Assembly (NCBI GenBank): GCA_026936335.1
Contig: JAPMXV010000049.1
Span: forward strand, 124,001 to 188,000
Length of the DNA: 64,000 nucleotides
Direction: 5' to 3'
Origin: Mantamonas sphyraenae STR306
Lineage: Eukaryota; Protista; CRuMs
Of the stretch, positions 21,091 to 33,500 are shown in pieces. Numbering within the stretch: position 1 is the first letter of the stretch; every line of letters starts with the position of its first letter. Both the position numbers and the translations under genes were made by a program. Below the pieces are notes generated by a model that ran no database searches, was not told where the DNA came from, and saw nothing but the letters and a program-made list of their open reading frames with translations.

Positions 21091-23171
21091 ATGGACGACC
21101 TCAACGACTTTGAGGAACAGATCCTCATGTCAGTCTCTGCCCTGCCCTGCCCATGCACCTGCCCCTGCCCCTGCCCCTTTCCCCGTCCTCCCACTCACAC
21201 CCTTCCAGGCCCGACAACTGGGAAGCCGTGTTCAACGCCGCAATGAAGGACGAGGAGCCCCTAGACGACTCCATGGACGTTGTGTACACGGACCAGTCGT
21301 CGTCGTCGTCCAACACCCCTGCCGCCATGACCACGTCCACATCCAATTTTCCCAACACAGACTTGGTCAACGACGTTTCTCTGGGCGCCATCGTTGTCAC
21401 CTCCGTACGTCCGCGTCCGCCCGCTTTCCATGCCTGCCCCGCTTCCTTGCTCACGCCTGCCCCCTCCGATTGTCTCCCATTCCACATGCACACGCTACAG
21501 AAAGTCGAGGCCATGCCCAGCGTGCCCAGTGTCGACAAGGAAGACCTCGCCCTCTTTGACCAGCTGTCCAGAACAACCTTTGGCACCAGCAGCAAGAGCA
21601 CAAGTGCAACCACATCCTCCTCATCATCCTCCTCATCATCGTCATCCTCCTCTTCCTCCTCATCCTCTTCTTCCTCCTCCTCCGCCTCTTCCTCCTCATC
21701 CTCCGGCAAGACGTCCAACACCGCGCGCGCCATCCTTCGTGACACCTCCTCCTCCTCCGTCTTTGCCAGCGGAGCCGGCCTGCCCAGCCACACACGCAAG
21801 GCCGACAACTACGACAGCTACCCCGTGCGTCTCAAGCTCCTCCAGCGCCCACCCTCCATGGTCCTCTACCAGACCCTGCTCAAACCCCCGTTCCAGCTCC
21901 GCATCCTCGGCAACCAGCACGGCGACCGCGACCTCACCATCGTCGCACGCCTCTACAACCAAGACATGGAACTCATAACCAAGGGTCCTCGCAACCTTCC
22001 CCTCATCTTCAATCTCTGCGTACGTGCCCACCCGTTCCCCCCCCACCCCTGCCTTGCACACACTCTCTGCCTCCGCACATACTCACCCCACCGTCCCGCA
22101 GAAACCAGAAGGCAACGAAGTCACGTTCAAAAAGATGAAAGTCCAGGTGTCCAACCGCAAACTCGAGTTTTACATCCAGTTCGAGGCCTGGGAAGACTGG
22201 CAGGACCCGGAAACCGACAAAGCCATCAAGACAAGCGCCAGCAAGAAGCGCCGCCCCAGTGGTGGCATCTCCACAAGCACCAGCGTACGGCAGCCTGCGA
22301 ACGGCACCCTTGTCGGCGTCTCCCACCTTCACAGCATCATTCCGGCCTCTCACGGCTCGCAGCTCCGCGATTTCTGCATCGAACATGAGGGCAAACAGCT
22401 CTGGGATGCCGTCGGCGGCTCGGACGTCATTGAATGGTCTCGACTCTGGCCCCAGCTTGCCGCACACTTTGTCAACACCACGAGCTCGCAGGGTCGCCAA
22501 CTCACCGACAGCGACGAGGCCTTTCTCAAGCGCCACCTCGTCCGCCTTCAGCACAGGCACCAGAACGCAAGTGACCCCGTCGATCCTTCCCTCTCCGACG
22601 CCGCTCCCATTGTGAAAAAGGTCCGCCTCGACGAACAAGGCACTGCCGTCGCAACCGACCTCGCCGTCGTCGACGAGATCTTTGGCAGCGTTGGTGGCGA
22701 CCACGATGATGCAGACTCGGACAACGAGCTCCACGTCACCTACTCCACCTTTACCATCTTTTGGAAGTGGTTTTACTTTGTCGAACAGAGTGTAGGCAAG
22801 ATTGCCAGCCTGTGGACAAACCCGCAGGCCGTCATTGTGCACGGGTTTGTCGACCGCGCACAAGCCCACGACATGCTCAACAACTCAGATGTCCTTCCTG
22901 GCAACTTTATTATCCGCTTCAGCTCCAAGAGTTCTGGCTGGTTTGCCCTAAGCTACAAGGCCGACGATGGCAAGCTCATGGACATCATCGTTCGCCCCAA
23001 GGACTATGCGGGCGACAAACACACCCTTGCCGATGTCATCCAGCCCATGGCCAAGCTCAAATACTTCTACCCCAACATTCCCAAGAGCTCCTACCTCGCA
23101 AGCAGCCAGCCCCAGGTCCAAACCGACTCTGAGGTTACCTCACCGTGCAGCAGGTCAGCGAATTCTCGTAA
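21091..23171 (+). CDS. STAT: STAT-like transcription factor (Ig-like DBD, linker, SH2, Tyr tail); introns 21129-21208, 21405-21500, 22020-22101; 1-bp frameshift at ~23133 (ORF as assembled ends at 23328)
   Basis: LKLLQRPPSMV, VTFKKMKV, FTIFWKWF..IASLW..IVHGFVDRAQA..PGNFIIRFS (STAT-type SH2); -1 frame gives GYLTVQQVSEFS*. Confidence 0.8.
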
Positions 23172-23188
23172 TCGAGGAAAATACACAG

Positions 23189-23248
23189 CGCTCACGTCCA
23201 TGGGTTTCCACATCGAGGCGTACAACGTGCCTTGGGGATCCATTGCGA
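23189..23248 (+). repeat. 60-bp diverged copy of the E3 ligase UBA-coding segment 31120-31180
   Basis: 53 of 61 aligned columns identical, one 1-bp gap. Confidence 0.85.
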
Positions 23249-23258
23249 GTTTACCTAC

Positions 23259-24356
23259 TCAATTGCTTTGCAGCGTCCTGCTCCTCCCGCGCCACCAGCG
23301 CCGCAGCTTGCGCCAAAAGTCCCCATAAAGAGCAATCGTCACTGCGTTCAGGCCATACACCAGCGCATTGAGAAACCCTTGCATGGACGACAGGCAGCCG
23401 TCCACTGCATACAGCCACCACCAGCGCGAAAAGTTGTCCACACCGCGTGGATCCACGAGGGTCAACGCCGTCGAAATCAGCGCCGGCGCAGAGCACAGCA
23501 CAAACACAACCACGTACGCGGACACTGAAAGGATCGCGCGCCTTGCAATCCGCTGCTCGTGTTTCCATTTCTCCTCGTGTGTGCGGAAGCGCGGCGAGTT
23601 GGAAAACGTGGCGTAGTTTCGGTTCCCGCTGGAAAACACAATCGGTGACGAGGCACCCGACCATCCGCTTCCGCCTCCTCCATGCCCGCCCATTGCCATT
23701 CCGTGTTCCCCCGGCGACGAAAGCACCCCGCGTCCGCCTGCCGCCCCCTTGCCGCTCGGCGACACCAGCAAGCTCGCCATGGCCTTGCTATTAGTCCGCA
23801 AGCGCACCTGCCTGATTACAAGCGCATACAACACAATGCACACGAGCACACTGATGAAAAGCGGCACGTAGTACAGCAGCAGGCGCACCGTTTCCGCGTC
23901 GTCCTTTCGCCGAACCCAGCACCAGATTCCCGCCGGCCCCATGCTGTCGTCGCCAATCATAACCAGAACCGTGAACAGAGGCAAGCCCCACGAAACGACA
24001 TGGTACAGCGCCGAAAGGTGCTGTGTGGCCCCACCCATCGTCTGGATGTACACAGACACCGCGATGCACACCGTCCACATCACCGCTGCCAGCTGTGTAA
24101 ATTGGTACACCAGAGCCTGCATGCGGCACGCCCAGTCCAGCGACTGCACCCCAAACAGCGCCACAACGGAGTTCACAAAGTCGGTGATCGTCAGGAACAG
24201 GATCATCCGCATCAGCTGCGATTGCGCCATGGACTTGCGGAACAGTGCAAACGTCACAATGATGAAGCTTGCCCCGACCACAGACAGCCAAAGCGACCCA
24301 TAGATGATATCCAACAGTTCCTGTCGCTGGCCTCTCGCCAACGAGTCGTACCACAT
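23259..24356 (-). CDS. 7-TM GPCR of the Dictyostelium cAMP-receptor/GCR1-like family
   Basis: LSVVGASFIIVTF, ACRMQA, AAVMWTVCIA, YHVVSWGLP, GPAGIWCW, QGFLNALVYG. Confidence 0.88.
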   Translation of the reverse strand: MWYDSLARGQRQELLDIIYGSLWLSVVGASFIIVTFALFRKSMAQSQLMRMILFLTITDFVNSVVALFGVQSLDWACRMQALVYQFTQLAAVMWTVCIAVSVYIQTMGGATQHLSALYHVVSWGLPLFTVLVMIGDDSMGPAGIWCWVRRKDDAETVRLLLYYVPLFISVLVCIVLYALVIRQVRLRTNSKAMASLLVSPSGKGAAGGRGVLSSPGEHGMAMGGHGGGGSGWSGASSPIVFSSGNRNYATFSNSPRFRTHEEKWKHEQRIARRAILSVSAYVVVFVLCSAPALISTALTLVDPRGVDNFSRWWWLYAVDGCLSSMQGFLNALVYGLNAVTIALYGDFWRKLRRWWRGRSRTLQSN

Positions 24357-24523
24357 CGAGGGGTCGGTTTTTGGCCAGGCTGGCGCTTGTCTCGCCAACC
24401 ACACACGCGCAAACACAGGTACGTGGCCCCTCAACACACACTCTCTCTGTAAACGTTGCTAGCACTCTTGTTAGCACCATCCACTCGCGGCTTGTCTGCT
24501 CACCCAACCCTGTCCCTCCAGCC

Positions 24524-27500
24524 ATGGGAGCCGCAGAATCGCTGCACATTCAGCGCCTGGCCGAATTGGCAACTGAAGACCAGCTGCGCCTCACCGAAGA
24601 CATGGACAGGCTGCTCATCATGCAACCCCTCGAACGCATGATCCTCGACTATGCTTTCCTCCAGGCCAAGCATCCGGAGCTAATGCTCTCCATAGCCAAA
24701 TGGGGCCCCACTTTACCCATGCCGGCTGGCTGGGAGGAACGCGTCGACCTCAAGAAGAACCGCTCCTTCTTTGTCCACCCCAAGAGCAAGAGCACCACAT
24801 GGACTGATCCACGCGACGCAGGTACGCCACCATCCATCCGATGTGCATCTTCCCCTCCCCAGACCTCTCTCCCTTTCGTCAACAACAACCCCTCCCAACC
24901 CGTCACCCCAAACTCCGTCCCGAGTTTGCGAACTCCCCCGCCTGCCATCCCTCCACCCGCCCGCCAATGCTCCCCGTTTCCTCGCAAACACTCCTTTGCA
25001 CGCCTTTTCGTCTCCGCTGCCTCTTCGTCCACCCACACGAACTGTATGCCCCCTTTCCCGGGCGCACCCGTCTAAGGCCCCGATCCGTCCTCGCTTTTCC
25101 TCTCTTCGCCGTCGCCCACTTTGCCCAAACTCACCAACACGCTCATCCCCACGACCCCCAGTCACCGCCGCCGGAGGCTCAAACTCCCTTCTCTATGTCC
25201 CTCTTCCCGATGGATGGGAAGAGCGTCTCGATCCCATGACCAACCGTGTCTTTTACGTCGATCACAAGTCAGTTTTCGTGCGCGACCGGAATCTCGCACC
25301 TTCCGCCCTGCGCCCCCGGTTCTCTCTCGCCCCGATGCCCCATTCCTTCTTGGCCCGTTTCCCTCTCTTCCTACCCGCACTCATCCGCCTAACCCCCGCC
25401 TCCGCCCCCTTCTTCCTGCCCACACCTGTCCGCCCACAGCTCAAAACGCTCCCAGTGGGAAGATCCCCGCAAGCGTTCTCAAACCCTCGTCCGCTCTGCA
25501 GAGGTTGACGTCGACCAGCACCTCGACGTGCTCCTCGGAAACGACGAAGAGGATGAGCAAGAGTGGCTTGAGAGCCAGGAAATCGTCCAGTATCTCACCG
25601 AGGGCCGCCTCAACGGCGACCGCTTCGCATACCGCGCCGTCCTCGCACAACTCTACTCCGAGGGCTCCACCTTTTGCGCACCCATCAAAAATTCCGACAT
25701 CTACCTCAGCCTCGTCCGCAGGCGCTTTGCCCTCCTTTATCTCCTGCACGTCACCCTCACCCGCGACCGCACGCGATCGCTCCAGTCCTACCGCCTCATC
25801 AGCAGCCCTGCCGAGATGCGCCTGTTTGCAGACCAGCACCTGCCTCCCACACGCACAGAGGTCTCCAAGCTTACAAACAACCTCCTCAGCGCCATCTCGC
25901 TCGACGACCAGGTCCAGCCCCTGTGTACCATCGGCTCACTCAAGATTTACGGCTGCGGCTCTCAGAAGCAGACGCGCCTTCAGCTCATGCAGAGCACCCT
26001 CAACGACATGCAGCCCCTCGACCTCGCACACGGCGACGTCTCCACTGCCGTCACTGACGTCAACTCCACAATCCAGGATCTCCTCACTTCCTCCTCCTCC
26101 CCGGGCGTCATTTATCCGCCCGAAATCCTCGGCGTCCTTGCAGGCCTTGCCCTTTCCCAGGGTTCCCTCATCAACTTCCTCCTCGTCATCCGACAGATCC
26201 TCTACTTTAAACGCACAACAAACGCACACTGGTGGCCCAACGCAGACGCAGACGCAGAAAACGCCGCAGCCGGCCAAGGTGAGATCGAACTCGTCCTCGC
26301 TGCTCCGTCCGCAAACAACGACGACAAACCCGCAAACTTTGACAACGACGAAAACTACGACACCCTCCTCCCCACCATCCAGACCCTCCGCACCGTCGAG
26401 AGCGCAACCTTTACACGCACCATGCTCGACAACGACATCAGCCGCAGACTCCCCGTCGGCGAGGCTCCAGCCCTCTCCACCTCTGCCCTTGCCTCCAACG
26501 CCCTCTTCAACATCGGCGACGACGACCCTGCCTCCTCTCCGCCTTCGTCTGCCGCTGCAGGACAGGGGGTAGGCTCCTCCTCTTCCTCTTCCTCTTCCTC
26601 CTCTTCCTCTTCTCTGGCCAACCCCTACTCGACCATGTTAGCGGCGAGCAAGCCGTCGTGCTCCTTCTCCTCGAGCTCGACCGTCTCACAGGCGGCTTCT
26701 GCGCAACCTACACCCAGAGTCAAGAGATGGCAAACGTACTCAACTACCCGTTTGCCCTTGCCGTCCAGGAGCACACCTTCCATCTCCTCGTCGACATCCT
26801 CGAGCTCCTGCAGGACGCACTCGTCCAGCCCGACCAATTCTTCTGGCAGCTCCACGGCGACAACCTCGCCACCGCCCTCAACTACGCCCTCGCCGCCACC
26901 ATGCGCATCCTACGCGTCCATCTCTTCTTTATGGAAAAGTCGCGCGTCAACCCTGTCGAACTCGGCCTCGCCGCAGACCCAAAGAGCGGCCACGACGCAG
27001 AGCTCCCCCGCCGCCTCTCGACCCTCCTCTTCAAGTTCTTTGACATCCTCGGCAACGGTTCTCTCCTCGCAGACCCACAAATCGTCGAGCTGGAGGCCAC
27101 AGACGTCTACACTGCCACCATGGACCTCCTCTATCCCAACCGCAGCGAGCAGAACGCCCTCTTCAATGTCCTCCTTCAGAATGTCGCTGCAGGCGACAGC
27201 GACCACTACGTCCCTCAGCTCATCGCCCTCGCCAAACGCCTCACAAGCTCCCACGGCATCTCCTACCTCATTGTCATGCGCGAGGACGAGGAGGTCTCCC
27301 TTGCGGACGTCAAGCTTGGTGGCGAGCTCGGCGAACTGGCGAGCCGCTCCCTCGAAATCAGCCAGACCAGCCTGCGGAAGGACGGCATCAACCAGCCCAT
27401 GCTCAGCACCCTCATGGACATGGTCAGCCCCAACGGAACCGACAACGAGCTCCTCAAGGCCGCCCTCTGCTCCCTCCTCCTCAGCATGCAAAAGGACCTC

Positions 27501-30500
27501 TTCAGCCGCGCCGTCCTCTGCACACACGCACGCGAACCCGCCGTCCAGGCCCTCCTCTTCTTCTGCCGTGCCCTTCTCGTCAGTGTCCACAAAGAGATCA
27601 AGTCCCACACGGGCATGCCCCTCCTCGACGTTCAGCGCAGCCTCGAAGGAGGCCCCGTCCATCACCTCCTCCCGTCTCTCGTCACATCCCTCTCCATGTA
27701 CCCGTTGTTCCCCCTCCTTTGTGCAGAGTGGCTTCACACCCACTGCATCGAGGTCTACAAACTCATCAACGCCATCATCGACACCGACCGCTCGCTCGTC
27801 GCCTCCCTCGACCAGAGCTACCTCGCCGCAAACAAGACCTTCCCCAAGCCGCCCCTCCACGAGGGCCTCGCAGGCATGCCCTGGCTCGTCGACGTCCAAA
27901 AGAGCATCGGCTGGCTCGCAGGCAAGTACGCCGCAAACCTGATTGTCGGTGAGCTTCCGTCACAGGAGGAAACCGACAAGGCCGCCTGGCTCGAGACAGA
28001 CATCCTCCTCGGTGGCTTTGAAGAAAAGTACCTCGAGCGCTCCTGGGACGATGTCCACGGCAACGTGGTCACCCTCTCGGACCAACCCGAGAACGATGAC
28101 GAACACAGCGAAGAAGAGGCGCGCAACCACAAGTTTATCAACGAGTACATCAACCTGCAGCAGAGTTCGCCCTCGTTCCTCCTGGACAAGGCCATGAAGC
28201 GCGCTGTACCCGAAATGCGCTTCGCACGCAACGCGTCCATGGACAGGGCCATGCGCGCCGTCGTCTGCGTGCTTCTCAAGCTCAACGGCCTCCTCCCAGA
28301 GGCCATCCGAACCGTCGAACGCCTCGCCGCCAAGGAGGAGGGCTTCAAACCTTCCAACAACCTGAAAAAGGTGTGGAAGACCGCCAACAAGGACATCCGC
28401 CTGTGGGCGCAGCACAACCGTGGCACGGCACGCGAGCAGCTCGATGACGCAGAGGCAAAGGCCTTGCAGCTCAAGCAGGAGAAGGGCTCCAACAGCAATG
28501 AGTACAAGGTCGCCCAGCAGGAGGCCGACGACGCAGCCGTCCTTGCCAACCAGTGCGAGTACGAAAACGTCGCCGTCCACGTCGAAGCCATGGCCCGCTT
28601 CCTCCTGCGCATGGCTCCGCCCCAGCTTGGCGTCATGCAGCCAACGCGCAAGGGCACCCTGTCGCCTCTTGTGCGCCTTGCCTCGTCAGAGGCTGTGACC
28701 CCGCAGACCAAGCAGTGGAAGAGTGTTGTCAATGTCTTCCGCACCCTCAAGAAGTGGAAGGCCTACAAGAAGGGCCCCAAGCCTGTCTCGCAGGAGAAGC
28801 AGATGTCCCTCACAAAGAAGGTCATCGAGTACGTCAAAAAGGCACCTCCCCTCTCGGAGCTCTCCGACCTCATTCTCGCACGTATCAAGCGTGCAAACAG
28901 CCGTGCAACAGGCCTTCGCCAGTTCCACAAGCTCCTCAGCAGCACAAGCATGGTCTCCCAGCGCCTCGATCTCCTCCACCACCTTGCCGAGAGCTTGCGC
29001 AGCTGGGCTGTGCCCAAGGATGCCAAGGGCCATCACTACCTCGACAACCTCGAAGGAAGCGGTCACCTGCAGCGCAACAAGGTGCGCACAGCCATCTTTT
29101 CCCTCTACGACCTCCTCATGCAGTACACTCGCGACGACGACTCGGCCACAAGCCTCGTCCTCGGTGTCCTCGACACCCTTGTCGTCGACTTTAAGGAGTC
29201 CGACCACGACTTTCTCGAGCGCATGGACCTTTTCTCCTCCCTGCTCGAGTTCAGCGCACGCAGCCAGGACGTCGAGGATCCCGAGCAGCGCCTCCTCTGC
29301 TCTGCCGCAATCACCATGTTTCGCTTCCATCTCATCAACGCCATGGGCGTCGACGAAGAGCAGGAAGATCTCATGAGTGCCCTCACCCAGGAGGAAGTGG
29401 AGGGTGGCCTCACAGGTACTGGCTCCTCTTCCTCCTCTTCCTCCTCCTCCAACACCCTTGCCGGAAGCGCTCTGTCTGGCAACGGTGCACGTTCGTCGTC
29501 GCTCACCAAGCTCCAGGGCGTTTTGATGGAGATGATGTACAACGAACTCGAATACGGTGGGCAGGCGCTGTTTGACACCGACGGCCTCATGACGGAACTG
29601 TCGGACAGCATGAGCCAGCAGCTCACCGCCTCACTGGAAAAGGGCAAGGGCAAGCAAGGGTCGGGACTTGCCGACGGAGAGGAGTACGAGGTTGTGTTTT
29701 GCCACGACCGCCTCGCCTACTCCAACATGTACCAGCTGCTGTTCACCTGCACCGTCTCTGTTGACGTACAGCGCTACCTGGCCAACTCTCGCGCATGGCT
29801 CACCCTTCTTTTCAAGAGCCTGCGCGGCGGCTCCCCACGCATCCACAGGCTCACCTTTCGCATCCTGCGACGCGTGCTGCCACACGTCCGCCCCTCCGAG
29901 CTCAGCGTCCTCCTCGAGCTCCAGGGTTTGGACGACGACGAGCACAGCGACACCCTGGGCCAGAAGAATTACCAGATCTCGCCCATCATCGAGATGCTCT
30001 TTGACATGGTCGGCCGTGCGCTGGCCTTCGATAGCGTCTCGCTCTCCCTCATCGGCTCAGGCGGCAGCGACAGCAGCGACACAGATAGCATCAAGGAGGC
30101 GGACAACGACCACGACGGTGAGATTGTGTCGGCGCTTGCATCCGAAGGAGTGTCGCTTCTGCGCACCCTCATGCGCTTCCCCACCTGGCGCGAGGACCTC
30201 AAAGAAGCTATCCACAACGCCATTGCCTCCATGCCCGAGGTTCTCAACGGCATGGCCAACGGAGACCTCAGCAACGATGCCATCCGCACGGGCTGCTGGA
30301 ATGTCTTGGCCAGCCTCAGCATGATTGGTGGCTACGTCGAAACCCTTCGCGAGGGCGGCCGTGTCTTGGCTGAAATCGGCAAGAGTGGCACGTATGAACT
30401 GGGCACGCTGGTCGAGTACAAGCCGGACGAGGCCACCGCCCGTGTGGTGCTCGACACGGCCAAACCCAAAATCAGTTGTGTGTTTGAAGTCACCAAGCTC

Positions 30501-33500
30501 AAGCCAGTCGCCGAGGTCGAAGTCGACAGCAACGTGTTTCCTCTGACGGTGGAGCTCGTACCCAGCTTCGCCGTCCTCCTGGGCGACAAGGACGACGAGT
30601 CCGGCGACAAAGACGCAGAAGACGGCAGCGCAAGCAACAAGTCGCTGCTCTACTCCATGATCCGCTCACGTGCCATGAAGGCCCTGGCCCTGACCATCCG
30701 CAACGAGGTCAGCGCCGAAGCCGTCGTGGAAGGTGGGCTCACGAACCCTCTCATCGACGCCGCAGTCGTCCCGGTCACCCTCAAAGAGATCACCTCGCTG
30801 GAGGAGCTGGAACGACGCGCCATGCGCTTGGAAGAGTTGTTGTACGACCAGGGCCTGGCCACCACCACGTACCGTGTTGTGGACACACGGCGACGCAAGC
30901 TTGCATTGCAATTGACTCAGGAGCTGATCACGGAGCACGCAAAGGAAAGCAGCAGCAGCCACCCTGCACCGCAGCAGTTTAGCTTTGACAACAGCTTCAA
31001 GGCACTTGCCATGCATGCCGACAACACGGCCAAGGCCAAGGAGTACCTGCTCAAGAGCGTGGCTGTGTCGGAACGGCGCGCAAACGCGCGCAACCTTGTG
31101 CAAGATCCGCGCCTGTCCACGCTCACGGCCATGGGATTCCACATCGAGGCATGCAAGCGTGCCTTGGAGATCCACGGCGACGACATCCACCAGGCTACGA
31201 CGTGGATTCTGGACCATGGCCACGAGGTCATCGAAAGTGAAGAGAAGGCAGAAAACGACGAAGAGTGGGGCGAGTGGGGAGAGTGGGCCGAGTCCGAGGG
31301 CAACAACGACTTTGAGATGCAAGACTCGGACGAGGCGCAAGTGTTTGACCTGCCTGCCATGCTCAAGGAAACACGCGTCCAGCGTCGACGCAGGGGCACC
31401 ACGTTCAACGCCAAGCTGGGCATGCGCGACGTGAGCGTGGGCGACCAGTTGCGCGTCAGCGTCGGCGCAGGCAGTCGCCGAGGCAGCGCAGCAGCAAGCA
31501 GCAGCAGCAGCAGCAGCAGTTCAGGCGCAGCTCAGTTGCAAGTGCCCAGCGCACGTGGAGGCGAGAGCATGCTGGGCAAGGTGACCAAGGTCGACAGCGA
31601 GCAACAACGTGTTCAACTGGAGGTGTACGACTCTGTGCGCGAGATCAAGATGAAGAAGTGGTATCCAGTGGCGTCGTGCTCGCGAGCAGACCGATGGGTC
31701 TCCTCCGAGTTCTCCATGGACGTGGAACAGGTCAACTTTGCCGGCGAGTTGAGTTTGGCCTTTGAGAGCGAAAAGGCCATGGCTGCGCTGTATGTACGCC
31801 GTGCTGTGCTCGCTCTGTTGCACCACGGCCGCTCGTCATCGTCGTGCTCCTTCTCCCTCAGCTCCCTTGGCGATCCCAACCAACTCATCGACCTCCTCAA
31901 GCTCGCGCTCAGCGAGAGCAGCGACACCGCGGCCGCACTGCAGTCGCGCGTGGAGGACGATGGACTCGTCAACATGGTGTGGAGCACCCTGATCGGCATC
32001 CTTCGCGACGAGGCCGACCTCAGTCTGGAGACCATCTGGAACGAGGAGGACTCTGGCGTGTCCTCTCTCGCGCGCCTGCTCTCTGACGAGTGCATCCGTC
32101 ACCTGATCCACAGCAGCAAAACGGTGCAGTTTGTGGAGAGCGAGCACCCGCACAGCCGCCAAGGCGCAAGCGCCATGGTGTCCATTGAAGGCGCCAGCGG
32201 CCTCCTGGTCAACTTTGACCGCCGCTGCCACATCAATGAGGATGCAGGCTACCTTGGCTTCTACTACAACGAAGCCTGCACCAAGGAGATCATGGTATGC
32301 CGCGGCGAACGCGCAATGGGTAACTTTGGCGACACCTTTGTCGTGCCGGCGGACCATTTCTGGTATCGCTTTCAGTGCAACAGTGGCACAAAGTGCGAGT
32401 GGGGCTACCGGTTCCGCGTGCGTCCCGTCGCCTGGAAAGCAACCGACGAGACACAGCTGCTGGAAATGCCGCTCGGCTGGCCGCTGCTTGATCTGCTGTT
32501 TGACGAGGCTCCCGAAGTCGTGCCAGACCTGTACACCAACCGCGTGTTCAACGCGCTTGCGCGGTACGTACGCACGCCGCACGCCCCTTGCAAGGTCACT
32601 GTCATCCGCTATCTGATCAAGATGCTGCAAAAGGTACGCCAGCTCCCTGCACACAAGCGGCCCAAGTTTGACCTCAAGCGTCTCGTGGGCATCAAGGCAG
32701 AGATGAACACGCTGCACGATCACCGTTCGCAGGGTGAGCTCGCAGACAGCGCCTACTTCCAAGCCCTCATCGAGCTCATGGTGGAGACGCGCATCAGCCT
32801 GCCTTCCGATTGCTGTACCTTTGCATTCACGGGGCCCAACCCGGCCGAACAGGTCATGTACCACTGCTACAACTGCGGCCTCAAGGGGGATCTGGGCTGC
32901 TGCGCAGTGTGCGCGGAAACATGCCACAAGGGACACATGGTCGAGTTTGCCCGCTTCTCCCACAGCTTCTACTGCCACTGCGGCGCGGGGGGCGCCAGTC
33001 AGACCGAATGTGTGGCCATCGACGGCGTGGCGACGCTCGGATCGTCGTCGTCGAGCACGGGCAAGCGCAAGATGAGCGTGCGTCGCAAGACAGTGACCAA
33101 GGACGACCCCGCAGGCAGTATCTGGGCCGTTCCCGATATGAATCTGCAATGGTTTGATCGCTTGGTGCAGGTGGCCGATTTGACCACCTGTTTCATGAAC
33201 CGAACCATGCTGCCTGCACGCTTCTTCAACGAGGCGTGCAACGCAGCCAATGCACGCGCATTCCTGGACAAGGCGCAGAGCAAGGGCACTGTGGGCGAGT
33301 TCCTCCTCGAGCTCGAGCGTGCGGTGTTGCCCAATGCCAAGTTTGGGCGCTGGGCACGCCGCCGCGCGCGGTGGGAGGAACGCGTGCGATCCGCAAGCAC
33401 GAGCGCCGAACAGGCCGAACAACTGCTCGCCTTTGAGGTGGACGTCAAGTACAGCGCCAAGAACGTGCAGTGGTGCAACCACGACCGCTTCTCTTGGATT

